Source: Treponemataceae bacterium (GTDB taxonomy: Bacteria; Spirochaetota; Spirochaetia; Treponematales; Treponemataceae). Taken from it: DNA of 64,000 nucleotides. Positions within the stretch are counted from its first letter, which is position 1. Each line of letters opens with the position of its first letter. Below, in pieces: positions 20,741 through 30,034 of the stretch. The stretch covers positions 71,206 to 135,205 of the forward strand of contig JBQMYD010000003.1 of NCBI GenBank assembly GCA_052173655.1. Reading direction: 5' to 3'. The notes beneath the pieces were generated by a model that did no database searches, was not told the DNA's origin, and was given only the letters and a program-made list of their open reading frames with translations. The position numbers and the translations under genes are program-made.

Positions 20741-22649
20741 GAAAAACGATCCTTTAGTATACGAAAAATTACACAAAACGGCTCTCAACGCTCCAAAACT
20801 ACCGGGAGTTTATCTTTGGCATGACGAAAATGATGATATCATCTATGTAGGAAAAGCAAAAGTACTAAAAAATCGACTTTCAAGCTATTTTTCCGGCAAC
20901 AAAGACATAAAAACCAAAATTTTAGTTTCAAAAGCATTTCGTATTGAATACATCACCACCGATAATGAGTACGAAGCCCTGATTTTAGAAAATAATCTAA
21001 TAAAGCAACATTCTCCAAAATACAATATCGATCTGAAAGACGATAAAAGCTATCCGTGCCTATGCATTACCAAAGAAGATTTCCCGCGAATTTTTGCAAC
21101 ACGGCGAATTTTAAAAGACGGCTCAAAATACTTTGGACCATTTCCAAATGCCGGGGCTTTAACAACTTACATTGAAAACTTACATAAACAATATAAATTG
21201 CGTCATTGCAAAAAATTCCGTATTAGAAATTCTCCTTGCATGTATTACCATATAGGTCGATGTGCCGCACCATGCTGCAAAAAAATCGACAAACAAACCT
21301 ACAATCAAATGATCGGAGAAATTTTAAGTTTCCTTGAGGGAAATCCGAGCGAAAAAATAAAAAAATTACAGCAGGAAATGAAAGAAGAGGCAAAGGCTTT
21401 GAACTTTGAAAAAGCGGCCAGAATTCGGGACGGAATACAATCCATCCAACTACTTCACTCAAAAAACAGTGTCATGGACTTTAATTTTGATTCCAGAGAT
21501 TACATAGGTTTTGCAGCAAAAGGTACCATGGTTTCTTTTAGCGTATTAAAAATGCGAGAAGGAAGACTTGTTTTTCATGATTTATACAGAACAAAAAGTA
21601 TTAACGATGAGTCTGATTTAATGTTAGAATTTTTATTGGCATATTATTCTTCTCAGCAAGTATTCCCACAACAAATTTATTTGCCTTCCGTAACGGAAAA
21701 CTCCCTTTTTAAAAAATATTCAAATGAAAAATTCGGTTGCTCGCCTGAATTGATAAATATCGATCCACAAGTAGACACAAACAATATAAATAAAATTCAA
21801 CATAATCATATTTCTGCAATGAAAATGGCATATCAAAATGCCTACGAAGATCTTTTAAGACGAATTAGAGAACATTCCGATATTCCATCTCTTATCGAAC
21901 TGAAAAAAATAATGAATATGGAAAAATTACCTGTAAGAATAGAAGGCTTTGATATTGCACATATTGCCGGTAAGTTTCCGATTGCAAGCTTAATCAGTTT
22001 TTACAACGGAAATCCGGACAAAAAAAATTACAGATATTTTAGATTAAAAACCACAGAAGGAATAATTGACGACTTTGCTTCTATGAGAGAAGCTGCTGCA
22101 AGACGCTACACCCGTTTAATAAATGAAAAAAAAGAACTGCCGGATCTGATTTTAATTGACGGAGGAATCGGACAGGTAAATGCTGTTCAAGGAATACTTG
22201 ATACACTGAATCTAAAAATTCCAATCGTCGGCCTTGCCGAAAAAAATGAAGATATATACTTTCCTAAAAACAATGAACCTTTAAAACTTCCAAAACAAAG
22301 CGAAGCTTTAAAGCTTTTACAAAGAATCAGAGATGAGTGCCATCGTTTTGCAACAAGTCGTAATCAAGAATTACGTACAAAAGAAAATACTATAGGAAAT
22401 TTTACAAAATTAGCTCATGTGGGAAAAAAACGAGCCGCGATTTTGACAGCACATTACGGCACTCTGAAAGCCCTTGTAGATTCGGTTCAGGGAATCGAAA
22501 TAAATGACAAAGAAAATCCCGGTTCACAAGAATCAAAAACACCGGTAGGATTAAAAGCCCTTGCAGAAACGATTTTTGTTACCGAAGAACAAGCCGCTGA
22601 AATATATCAATCCGCACAAATCTTACTAAGCGAAGAAAAAGAAAAATAA
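20739..22649 (+). CDS. uvrC: Excinuclease ABC subunit C
   Basis: Has a GIY-YIG N-terminus (PGVYLWHDENDDIIYVGKAKVLKNRLSSYF, YEALILENNLIKQHSPKYN), a UVR domain, an endonuclease V-like domain and a C-terminal HhH. The start is either ATG 20739 or GTG 20694. Either choice overlaps the divergent gene's start. Confidence 0.93.
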   Translation: MKNDPLVYEKLHKTALNAPKLPGVYLWHDENDDIIYVGKAKVLKNRLSSYFSGNKDIKTKILVSKAFRIEYITTDNEYEALILENNLIKQHSPKYNIDLKDDKSYPCLCITKEDFPRIFATRRILKDGSKYFGPFPNAGALTTYIENLHKQYKLRHCKKFRIRNSPCMYYHIGRCAAPCCKKIDKQTYNQMIGEILSFLEGNPSEKIKKLQQEMKEEAKALNFEKAARIRDGIQSIQLLHSKNSVMDFNFDSRDYIGFAAKGTMVSFSVLKMREGRLVFHDLYRTKSINDESDLMLEFLLAYYSSQQVFPQQIYLPSVTENSLFKKYSNEKFGCSPELINIDPQVDTNNINKIQHNHISAMKMAYQNAYEDLLRRIREHSDIPSLIELKKIMNMEKLPVRIEGFDIAHIAGKFPIASLISFYNGNPDKKNYRYFRLKTTEGIIDDFASMREAAARRYTRLINEKKELPDLILIDGGIGQVNAVQGILDTLNLKIPIVGLAEKNEDIYFPKNNEPLKLPKQSEALKLLQRIRDECHRFATSRNQELRTKENTIGNFTKLAHVGKKRAAILTAHYGTLKALVDSVQGIEINDKENPGSQESKTPVGLKALAETIFVTEEQAAEIYQSAQILLSEEKEK

Positions 22650-22662
22650 GTTTATATTATTT

Positions 22663-23223
22663 TTATTGTATTTGCTTTCCGTCAGAAAAAGCATTTCCTA
22701 CAATCTTACCCAACGCAATATATTTATGGTTTATAGAATCATATGTTATTGGGTTTAGTTTTAGAACATCAATTTTTCCTTCCGGAGTAAGCACACTATC
22801 ATCAACAGAAACGTTTTCAATTGAACCTAAAAGTCTGCAAGTTTTTTCATCATAACTTATAACTTTACATTCTAAAACAAATTTTAACTCATCAAAAACC
22901 GGAGCATTTACAAATTCACTTTTTACCGCATGAAAACCGATTTTTTCGATTTTATTAGGATAATCGTTTGCACTTACCATCCCAAGATAATCACATTCGG
23001 CAATATGTTCCACATCCGCCATACTTACAGTAAAAGCACCTGTTTTTAAAAAATTTTTAACAGTTTTATGTTCAGCACTAAGACAAATATTGATTTGCTC
23101 GGTATCGGCAATTCCTCCCCAAGCTGCATTCATAGCATTAGGAATTCCGTTTTCATCATAAGTTCCTATAATAAAAACAGGCATCGGATAAAGCACAGTT
23201 TTTAAACCAAAATTCTTCTTCAT
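22663..23223 (-). CDS. Flavin reductase-like (flavoredoxin family) protein
   Basis: The sequence MKKNFGLKTVLYPMPVFIIGTYDENGIPNAMNAAWGG fits the FMN-binding split-barrel flavoredoxin pattern. A GGAGG Shine-Dalgarno sequence lies 7 nt upstream of the ATG at 23223. Confidence 0.75.
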   Translation of the reverse strand: MKKNFGLKTVLYPMPVFIIGTYDENGIPNAMNAAWGGIADTEQINICLSAEHKTVKNFLKTGAFTVSMADVEHIAECDYLGMVSANDYPNKIEKIGFHAVKSEFVNAPVFDELKFVLECKVISYDEKTCRLLGSIENVSVDDSVLTPEGKIDVLKLNPITYDSINHKYIALGKIVGNAFSDGKQIQ

Positions 23224-23340
23224 AAGAAATCCTCCGTAGAGACAGTTATAAAGCACTCTACAATATTATACAACAGTTATATCATAAATTTATTTAATTT
23301 TTTATTGTTTTGAACAAGTTTTTTATGATATTATGAAAAT

Positions 23341-24663
23341 ATGGTTATTTCATCAATAGATTTAAAAGACGGAAAAGCAATTCAATTAAAAAACGGCAAA
23401 GAGAAAATTCTTGAAGTAAATGATACAGAATCTCTTGTTCAAGAATTTGACAAATACGGCGAAATTGCAGTAATCGATTTGGATGCAGCTTTGGGAAATT
23501 CGCAAACGGATGAAAAAGGGTATGTAACTACCGCAAACACTAAAATTTTGCATTCTCTTTTGCAAAAAGGAAACATTCGTGTAGGAGGCGGAATCCGCAG
23601 TGCAAAACAAGCAAAACATCTTATTTCTCTGGGAGCAGAAAAGGTAATCATAGGTTCTTCCGCATGGGCTAAAGCCGAAGACAGAGCAAACGGAAAAATC
23701 CTTAATACTGAATTTTTGGAAGAGCTTGTACAAACAATCGGAAAACAAAGAATTATAATCGCAGTAGATGCCGTAAACGGCGAAATTGCAATAAAAGGCT
23801 GGACAGAAACAGTTGGCATTCCTTTCATTGAGGGTGCAAAAGAAGCTGAAAAATATTGCAGTGAACTTCTTTTCACCTGTATTGAAAAAGAAGGCTGTAT
23901 GAACGGCACAAATATGGATTATGTACGCAACCTTAGGCAAGCCGTAAAATGTCGATTGGTAGTAGCAGGCGGTATTTCCAGTCTTGAAGAAATCGTAATT
24001 TTAGAACAAATGGGCTGTGATGTCCAATTGGGAATGGCATTATACACAGATAAAGTAAACTTAAAAGACAGCTTTATAGAATGTTTGAATTGGCCCAAAG
24101 CCGAAAAAGAAACCGGAGGATTAATTCCGGTTATTGCCCAAAGCAATGCAGGACAAGTTTTAATGATGGGATTTGCCGACAAACAGGCTTTTAAAAAAAC
24201 TTTTGAAACATCAAAACTTACTTTTTGGTCAAGAACAAGAAATACTGTTTGGACTAAAGGAGAAACTTCCGGTAACTTTTTAAAAGTCATGAAACTTAGA
24301 GCTGACTGCGACAGAGATACCGTTCTTGCAACAGTTGAACCTCAAGGACCAAGCTGCCATACGGGAAGTTGGACATGTTTTTCTTCAGAGCCGGATGAAT
24401 CTTCAACTATGGAACGACTTTACTCCGTAATTGCACAACGCTTTAAAAACCCTAAACCGGGCTCTTATACCGCAACTTTGGATGATGAACTTGTCAGAGA
24501 AAAAATCAGCGAAGAAGCTGAAGAAGTTTGTACAGCAAAAACCGAAGATGAAGTGGTATGGGAGTGTGCCGATTTACTTTATTTTTTGAATGTTTTAATG
24601 TATAAAGAAAACGTAACTTGGCAACAGGTAATGCGGGAACTGGATCGGCGACATAAAAAATAA
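23341..24663 (+). CDS. hisIE: Fusion of a HisA-like TIM barrel with phosphoribosyl-AMP cyclohydrolase and phosphoribosyl-ATP pyrophosphatase (HisI-HisE)
   Basis: Residues 1-240 are HisA/HisF-family (ISSIDLKDGKAIQL, VIDLDAALG, RVGGGIRS, VVAGGISS). The middle is HisI (WSRTRNTVWTKGETSGNFL..LRADCDRDTVLATVEPQGPSCHTGSWTCF). The end is HisE (LYSVIAQRFKNPKPGSYTATL..EEAEEV). Confidence 0.85.
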   Translation: MVISSIDLKDGKAIQLKNGKEKILEVNDTESLVQEFDKYGEIAVIDLDAALGNSQTDEKGYVTTANTKILHSLLQKGNIRVGGGIRSAKQAKHLISLGAEKVIIGSSAWAKAEDRANGKILNTEFLEELVQTIGKQRIIIAVDAVNGEIAIKGWTETVGIPFIEGAKEAEKYCSELLFTCIEKEGCMNGTNMDYVRNLRQAVKCRLVVAGGISSLEEIVILEQMGCDVQLGMALYTDKVNLKDSFIECLNWPKAEKETGGLIPVIAQSNAGQVLMMGFADKQAFKKTFETSKLTFWSRTRNTVWTKGETSGNFLKVMKLRADCDRDTVLATVEPQGPSCHTGSWTCFSSEPDESSTMERLYSVIAQRFKNPKPGSYTATLDDELVREKISEEAEEVCTAKTEDEVVWECADLLYFLNVLMYKENVTWQQVMRELDRRHKK

Positions 24664-24691
24664 TACACAATCTTATAATTAGGGAAATAAT

Positions 24692-26059
24692 ATGCCTATA
24701 AAAATAATAAGTGCAAAAAGTGTTTCGCAAGATTTTTTTAAACCTCGTAAGCTGGGTTCCACCGTACATGATCAAGTTCAGTCTTATATTGAACAGGTAA
24801 AATCAAACGGCGACAACGCTTTACACGATATAGTAAGCTCTCTTTATAAAAAAGGATTTGAAAAAGCAAACCCTGAATATTACGAAATTTCAAAGCAAGA
24901 CATACAAAATGCAGCTTTAAAAATGAAATCGGAGAACGCAGAACTTTATTCAGCAATAGAACATTCTTATAAACTTGCTCTTGAATTTGCAAAAAAACAA
25001 CGACAAAGTTTTTCTGACTTTGAAACAGAATTAGAACCGGGATTAATTACCGGACAAAAAAACATACCCATAGAAAGAGCAGGTCTTTATGTTCCTGCAG
25101 GAAGATTTCCACTTATCAGCAGCCTTGTTATGTGTGCAGCCCCTGCAAAAGCGGCCCCATGCAAAGAAACAATTCTTTGCACCCCCGCTTTTACTCATCC
25201 AAATAATATATCAAAACCTTATGCCCACGAAGGAATATTAGCAGCCGCATATATTTGCCAAATAGACAAAGTTTTTGCACTGGGAGGTTCACAAGCAATT
25301 GCAGCAATGGCTTACGGCACTCAAACAATTCCGCAATGCAATGTAATAGCAGGACCGGGCAACAAATTCGTTACAGAGGCAAAACGCATTGTTTTTGGGG
25401 ATACCGGCATAGACATTATAGCAGGCCCTACCGAAGCGTTCATAATTGCCGATGAATCTGCAAATCCTAAATGGGTTGCTTCCGATATGCTGGCACAAGC
25501 AGAACACGACGTTGATGCACAGGCAGTTCTTGTTACTTTTTCCTATGATTTTGCGGAAAAAGTCAGTGCAGAAATTGAAGAACAACTTTCGGATCTTCCA
25601 ACAAAAAAAACTGCAAGAACTTCAATAGAAAACAACGGTCTAATTATAGTTGCGAATTCTTTGGAAGAAGCGGCTTTTATAGCAAATAATAAAGCTCCGG
25701 AACACCTTGAACTTGCATTCGATTCCGGGACAAAACTGGATAAAATTATTGAATTGACTCACAACTACGGCACCTTATTCATAGGACACGAAGCTGCCGA
25801 AGTACTGGGAGATTACGCTGCAGGACTGAATCACATTCTTCCTACAAGCGGAGCTGCAAAATTTACCGGAGGTCTTTCTGTACGAATGTTCTTAAAAACT
25901 GTAACAACATTACGAACTGAAAAAATCAACTGTGGTGGCAACACAAGCAAAATCTGTGAAGGACTTGCAAAGTCAATAAAAACTTCATCCATACTGGGAA
26001 AAACGGAAGGCTTAATTGCACACTCTCGTGCTGCAGAATTCAGAAACCGAAATTCATAA
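24692..26059 (+). CDS. hisD: Histidinol dehydrogenase
   Basis: 455 aa with the motifs GLYVPAG..PLISS, GGSQAIAAMAYGT, IAGPGNKFVTEAKR, AGPTE, and AQAEHD and EHLEL. Confidence 0.9.
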   Translation: MPIKIISAKSVSQDFFKPRKLGSTVHDQVQSYIEQVKSNGDNALHDIVSSLYKKGFEKANPEYYEISKQDIQNAALKMKSENAELYSAIEHSYKLALEFAKKQRQSFSDFETELEPGLITGQKNIPIERAGLYVPAGRFPLISSLVMCAAPAKAAPCKETILCTPAFTHPNNISKPYAHEGILAAAYICQIDKVFALGGSQAIAAMAYGTQTIPQCNVIAGPGNKFVTEAKRIVFGDTGIDIIAGPTEAFIIADESANPKWVASDMLAQAEHDVDAQAVLVTFSYDFAEKVSAEIEEQLSDLPTKKTARTSIENNGLIIVANSLEEAAFIANNKAPEHLELAFDSGTKLDKIIELTHNYGTLFIGHEAAEVLGDYAAGLNHILPTSGAAKFTGGLSVRMFLKTVTTLRTEKINCGGNTSKICEGLAKSIKTSSILGKTEGLIAHSRAAEFRNRNS

Positions 26060-26083
26060 AAAAGTTTTGCAAAACAAACTAAA

Positions 26084-27019
26084 TTACTGCTGAACGCAGG
26101 AATCTTCATTAAAAGTCTGCCTATATAAGCTTTGATAATCTCCGGCATATTTATCATGAAGTTTTTGCAATTCTTCCATTATCCTGTTTACAACTATTAT
26201 TTTTTTATCACCCTCGTAATCTTCAAGCTCATCAAGAATGTCATTTCTAAATTTTTTACATTCGATAATCGGACTTGCAGAAAGGATAATCGTATCCTCA
26301 AAAAATTGATCTTCAAGCATGTCTTTTGACTTTTCAGGATTTATTCTTAGGACATTGCCATTTTCGCTTATCAAAATCATTATATCAAAAAGTCTGAGGT
26401 AAGAATCAATTTCTCTAACCCCTTTTTTTGTTTCAGGCACTCCGGGTCTGTACCGAGTTCCTGCAGGAAAAACCAAAATCGGGCGACCGTCTTTTTTTAC
26501 CCTGTCCATAGCACGCATAGCTGCCATATTTATGCTACGACTTTTTGCTTCTTCTTTTATTCTTTGTTCCGGATCCGAAATTGCAGCAATGGAACGGCTC
26601 GGATAAACCACAATCCTTGTAAAAGCTTCAGCCCAAGCACGGACAACAGAACTTTCTTCATTCAATTTCATTCCTGCAATAGCAACCAACTCATCAGCAA
26701 GTTGTTTTCCTTTGCTACCGCATTTTCGCTCAAGTAAATAAACTAAAACAGGCAAATCCATGTTACTATAATGTTCCATCATTATAAGCCCGCGTTTTCC
26801 ACTTTTTATCTGATCAAAAAATTCTTCAATATGTTCTTTTCCCTCAAATCTTGATGAGTCCATTACAAAATCATCACAAATTTTTTCAAGAATCGGTCTT
26901 GTGCTCATATTCGCTTCTTGATAAACATTTTCACTATCAATTATTTTTGCAGAATGTCCTAAGTTTTTTAAATCTTGAAATAAATAACCGTACTTTTCCT
27001 TTATCGAAATACCTTTCAT
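26084..27019 (-). CDS. Glycerolipid acyltransferase (PlsC/GPAT-like)
   Basis: Carries an HX4D motif (MEHYSNMD) and an FPAGTR motif. Confidence 0.7.
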   Translation of the reverse strand: MKGISIKEKYGYLFQDLKNLGHSAKIIDSENVYQEANMSTRPILEKICDDFVMDSSRFEGKEHIEEFFDQIKSGKRGLIMMEHYSNMDLPVLVYLLERKCGSKGKQLADELVAIAGMKLNEESSVVRAWAEAFTRIVVYPSRSIAAISDPEQRIKEEAKSRSINMAAMRAMDRVKKDGRPILVFPAGTRYRPGVPETKKGVREIDSYLRLFDIMILISENGNVLRINPEKSKDMLEDQFFEDTIILSASPIIECKKFRNDILDELEDYEGDKKIIVVNRIMEELQKLHDKYAGDYQSLYRQTFNEDSCVQQ

Positions 27020-27159
27020 TTTATGAACATCTCCTATCGGATGCTTTTAGCATTCTGTAGAATATTAAATTAAAATAACTAAAATTTCTATAACTATTCA
27101 AATAATCATCACATAAACAGCAAAATTTTATTGAAATTTCTTAAGTTTGTACATTATAA

Positions 27160-28260
27160 TTGGAGGATATGAAGTATAAGACATCTGTTTCTGTTTTGAT
27201 TTTTTCGTTTCTAGCTCTGGCTCTCATAATATTATCCTTATTTTTTTGGCTCCTTTTTGCAGGTAAACTTTCAAAACGTAGTTGCGGAATTCTACTTCCC
27301 TCAGAAGGCGGATACGTGGAAGTATGGACAGAACACTTGCCACAACTTGCACGTAAAATTAACATTCCTGTAGTTACAATATACACGTACAAGGATTACA
27401 AAGAACTTGTTTCATATCTTAATCAAAGCGATAAATATAACATTTTATGGGCAGAAGTAATTGTAAGCGGTGAATACAATTTGAAAAATCTTCTGTCAGA
27501 GGTTAATACCGTAGAAATGGACAAAGAAATTGAATATTTATATCCTTTGTCATTATACAAAACAATATTTGGATATGCAGATCAATCCAAACCTCATTTT
27601 TTACCTTTGAGCTATAATCCGTGGATTATGATGCAGTTAAAAGAACCTAAACAAAAAACTCTTTTTGATATTTCATTGGGAGGAGCTATCGATAGCTCTG
27701 CATATGCATTTTTGACATACGTAATGTTTTATAATCAAAGTAAAAAAATAATTTCACAAAGTGAAGCAATAGAAAAAATTTCTTCCATGTCTAATAATAA
27801 AGAATTAATCAAAAACTCCAGAAGCTATACTTTTAGAGATGCTTTTATTGCTCTTGAAAATGAAACTGCAAAAAAGACCTTTTTACCGCTAAGTTTTTTC
27901 AATTCACTTTCAATTTCACAACGTCAATCGTTAATTCTTTCAGAAATTGCACCTACAATGATTTGCAACGCAACGGTGGCAATTTTTCCGGTAAGAAAAA
28001 ATGATGATGCAAAAGAAAGGGTGAAAATAGCAAAAGATTTTTTGATGTTGCCGGATATTATGTATTCGATAGCAAATGCACGTGGCTGGATGCCTGCAAT
28101 GTCAACAACAGTTTCCAGAAGCAGCTATACGGAAGCAATAAAACAGCAAGCTAAAAAAGTCCCGTCCTGCATAATTCCGGATATGCAGTATTCTTCCAAA
28201 AACGAAGAAGAAAAACTTATTCAGCAACTGGATATTGCATTACGGTCTTTCCAGTATTAG
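27160..28260 (+). CDS. Membrane-anchored hypothetical protein
   Basis: Has one N-terminal TM helix (VLIFSFLALALIILSLFFWLLFA) and no recognised domain. The start is either TTG 27160 or ATG 27169. Confidence 0.55.
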   Translation: MEDMKYKTSVSVLIFSFLALALIILSLFFWLLFAGKLSKRSCGILLPSEGGYVEVWTEHLPQLARKINIPVVTIYTYKDYKELVSYLNQSDKYNILWAEVIVSGEYNLKNLLSEVNTVEMDKEIEYLYPLSLYKTIFGYADQSKPHFLPLSYNPWIMMQLKEPKQKTLFDISLGGAIDSSAYAFLTYVMFYNQSKKIISQSEAIEKISSMSNNKELIKNSRSYTFRDAFIALENETAKKTFLPLSFFNSLSISQRQSLILSEIAPTMICNATVAIFPVRKNDDAKERVKIAKDFLMLPDIMYSIANARGWMPAMSTTVSRSSYTEAIKQQAKKVPSCIIPDMQYSSKNEEEKLIQQLDIALRSFQY

Positions 28261-28279
28261 GTTTAGACCGTAAAATTAA

Positions 28280-29194
28280 TTATTTTGTCAGCTCGGAAAC
28301 GGAAGTAACAAGTCCTGCCAAATTTTGTATTTCGGACGGAATAATTATTTTTGTAGCTTGCCCGTCGCTTGCTTTTTCAAACGCTTCAAGACTACGCAAT
28401 TTTAAAGTTGCACCATCAATTTGAACTTCCTTGAGCATTCTAAATCCCTTAGATTTTGCATTTTGAACTTGAAGTATAGCCTCAGCATCTCCCTTTGCTT
28501 TTTCAACTACAGCCTGCCTTTGAGCTTCCGCCTGTAAAATAAGAGATTGTTTTTGAGCTTCAGCTTCAAGAATCATAGCTTGCTTTTTTCCCTCAGCTTC
28601 AAGAATTGCACTTTGCTTATGCCCCTCTGCAATTAGGATTTGCTCACGCCTTTCACGTTCTGCACGCATTTGTTTTTCCATAGCATCACGAATTGCTTGA
28701 GGCGGTTCAATATTTTTTACTTCAACTCTGTTTACCTTTATTCCCCAAGGATCCGTAGCCTCATCAAGAATTACACGCATTTTTGAATTGATAACATCTC
28801 GGCTTGTCAACGTTTCATCAAGTTCAAGCTCCCCGATTATATTACGCAGTGTAGTTGCAGTAAGGTTTTCCAAAGCATTCATAGGATTTTCAACACCGTA
28901 AGTATACAATTTTGGATCGGTAACCTGACAATACACTACAGTATCGATCTGCATGGTAACGTTGTCCTTTGTGATAACCGGCTGCGGATCAAAATCCCTT
29001 ACATTTTCTTTTAAAGAAATTTTTTTACGAATTTTATCAATAAACGGAAATTTTACATGAAGACCGACACTCCACGTTTTATTATAACCACCCAGTCTTT
29101 CAATTACATATGCTTGCGACTGAGGAACAATCCTGATATTTACGATAATTAAAACTAAAATTATAATAGCAATTGCAATAATAACCCAAACCAT
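28280..29194 (-). CDS. SPFH/band-7 (stomatin-like) protein
   Basis: Has an N-terminal TM helix, an SPFH core (IVPQSQAYVIERLGGY, TKDNVTMQIDTVVY) and a C-terminal A/E/Q-rich coiled coil. Confidence 0.9.
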   Translation of the reverse strand: MVWVIIAIAIIILVLIIVNIRIVPQSQAYVIERLGGYNKTWSVGLHVKFPFIDKIRKKISLKENVRDFDPQPVITKDNVTMQIDTVVYCQVTDPKLYTYGVENPMNALENLTATTLRNIIGELELDETLTSRDVINSKMRVILDEATDPWGIKVNRVEVKNIEPPQAIRDAMEKQMRAERERREQILIAEGHKQSAILEAEGKKQAMILEAEAQKQSLILQAEAQRQAVVEKAKGDAEAILQVQNAKSKGFRMLKEVQIDGATLKLRSLEAFEKASDGQATKIIIPSEIQNLAGLVTSVSELTK

Positions 29195-29202
29195 ATTTTC
29201 TC

Positions 29203-29673
29203 CTATTTTGCCGTATTTTCAACTACAAGAGTGTTCCCCTCAACTGAAACAACCTTGCACATTGTATTAGGTGAAATTTCAATGTTGTCCAAAGTTTTTG
29301 CATTCCAAACAACTCCGTTTGAAGATTTTACGGTTCCTTTTTTTAACCTTGAAACTTTTTCAACAACAATGAATTCCTGATTTTGGAAACTCTCGATATT
29401 AGTCTTGAATTTTCCGAGCTTAAACTTTTTTGTAGCAAGAGGTCTTGTCAAAATCACAAGGGCCAAAGTTAGAATAACAAAAATCAATACCTGCCATTGA
29501 AATCCTAACGACGTTTTTGCAATAAAAATAAGCGGAAACGAAGCTACTGCTGCCCAAATAGTTGTAAGCATCATTGTAGCACCTTCTATAACAAGAAATA
29601 TTATTACCAACGTAAGCCATATCCAAATATCGTAAATATTCAAAAAAGCTAACATAGCCGCATACATTTCCAT
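29203..29673 (-). CDS. NfeD-family membrane protein (partner of the SPFH protein)
   Basis: Has three TM helices followed by an OB-fold-like C-terminus (GTVKSSNGVVWNAKT..VVSVEGNTLVV). The classical nfeD-SPFH gene order is present. Confidence 0.85.
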   Translation of the reverse strand: MEMYAAMLAFLNIYDIWIWLTLVIIFLVIEGATMMLTTIWAAVASFPLIFIAKTSLGFQWQVLIFVILTLALVILTRPLATKKFKLGKFKTNIESFQNQEFIVVEKVSRLKKGTVKSSNGVVWNAKTLDNIEISPNTMCKVVSVEGNTLVVENTAK

Positions 29674-29793
29674 TACTCCTTAAACACTACAATGCCATTG
29701 TAGCATTGATTCGCTTGATTGGCAATTTATATAGAATTGGAGAGAAAAAAATTTTTTAACTTATATTTTTGCTAACAAAAATAATTTTATACA

Positions 29794-29822
29794 TTGACTT
29801 AAAAAAATTTTTCGTGTATCCT
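29794..29822 (+). promoter_or_regulatory. Sigma70-type promoter for the CAT-anticodon tRNA
   Basis: TTGACT (29794-29799), a 17-nt spacer, then TATCCT (29817-29822), about 13 nt upstream of the tRNA 5' end. Confidence 0.55.
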
Positions 29823-29835
29823 TAAAGCACTTTTT

Positions 29836-29909
29836 GGGCCTATAGCTCAGTTGGTTAGAGCTACGGACTCATAACCCGTTGGTCCTTGGTTCAAGTCCAA
29901 GTGGGCCCA
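29836..29909 (+). tRNA. tRNA with a CAT anticodon, more likely tRNA-Ile2 (lysidine) than elongator tRNA-Met
   Basis: The cloverleaf folds by hand (acceptor GGGCCTA/TGGGCCC, anticodon loop CTCATAA, T-loop TTCAAGT). The TAGCTCAGTTGGTTAGAGC D-arm, the TTCAAGTCC T-arm and the C4-G69/C5-G68 pairs resemble known tRNA-Ile(CAU). CCA is not encoded. Confidence 0.9.
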
Positions 29910-29912
29910 AAA

Positions 29913-29951
29913 GCAAAAGAGTCTCCTTGTTAGGAGACTCTTTTGCTTTTT
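29913..29951 (+). terminator. Rho-independent terminator after the tRNA
   Basis: GCAAAAGAGTCTCC / GGAGACTCTTTTGC form a 14-bp perfect stem with a 6-nt loop, followed by TTTTT. Confidence 0.85.
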
Positions 29952-30034
29952 AAATATCTTATTATAAAATTTACCTAAAAATCAAAAACAAATTTTGGAA
30001 AATTCTCCGACAACTTTGCTTTTTTTATTTTAAT

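Noticed and set aside
23386-24290. Three minus-strand ORFs of 123-184 aa (23386-23940, 23439-23909, 23919-24290) lie inside the hisA-like/hisIE gene.
   Set aside because: They are antisense to a plus-strand frame with clear HisA, HisI and HisE motifs. Their translations are Cys/Phe-rich nonsense without start context. The same reasoning applies to the many other 60-150-aa antisense ORFs in the track, for example 940-1314, 1579-2016, 16379-16807, 43038-43622, 46523-46981 and 61167-61783.
26060-26083. The 12-nt palindrome GTTTTGCAAAAC between the convergent hisD and acyltransferase genes, considered as a bidirectional terminator.
   Set aside because: The stem would be AT-rich with no loop and no flanking T-tract, so it is too weak to call.
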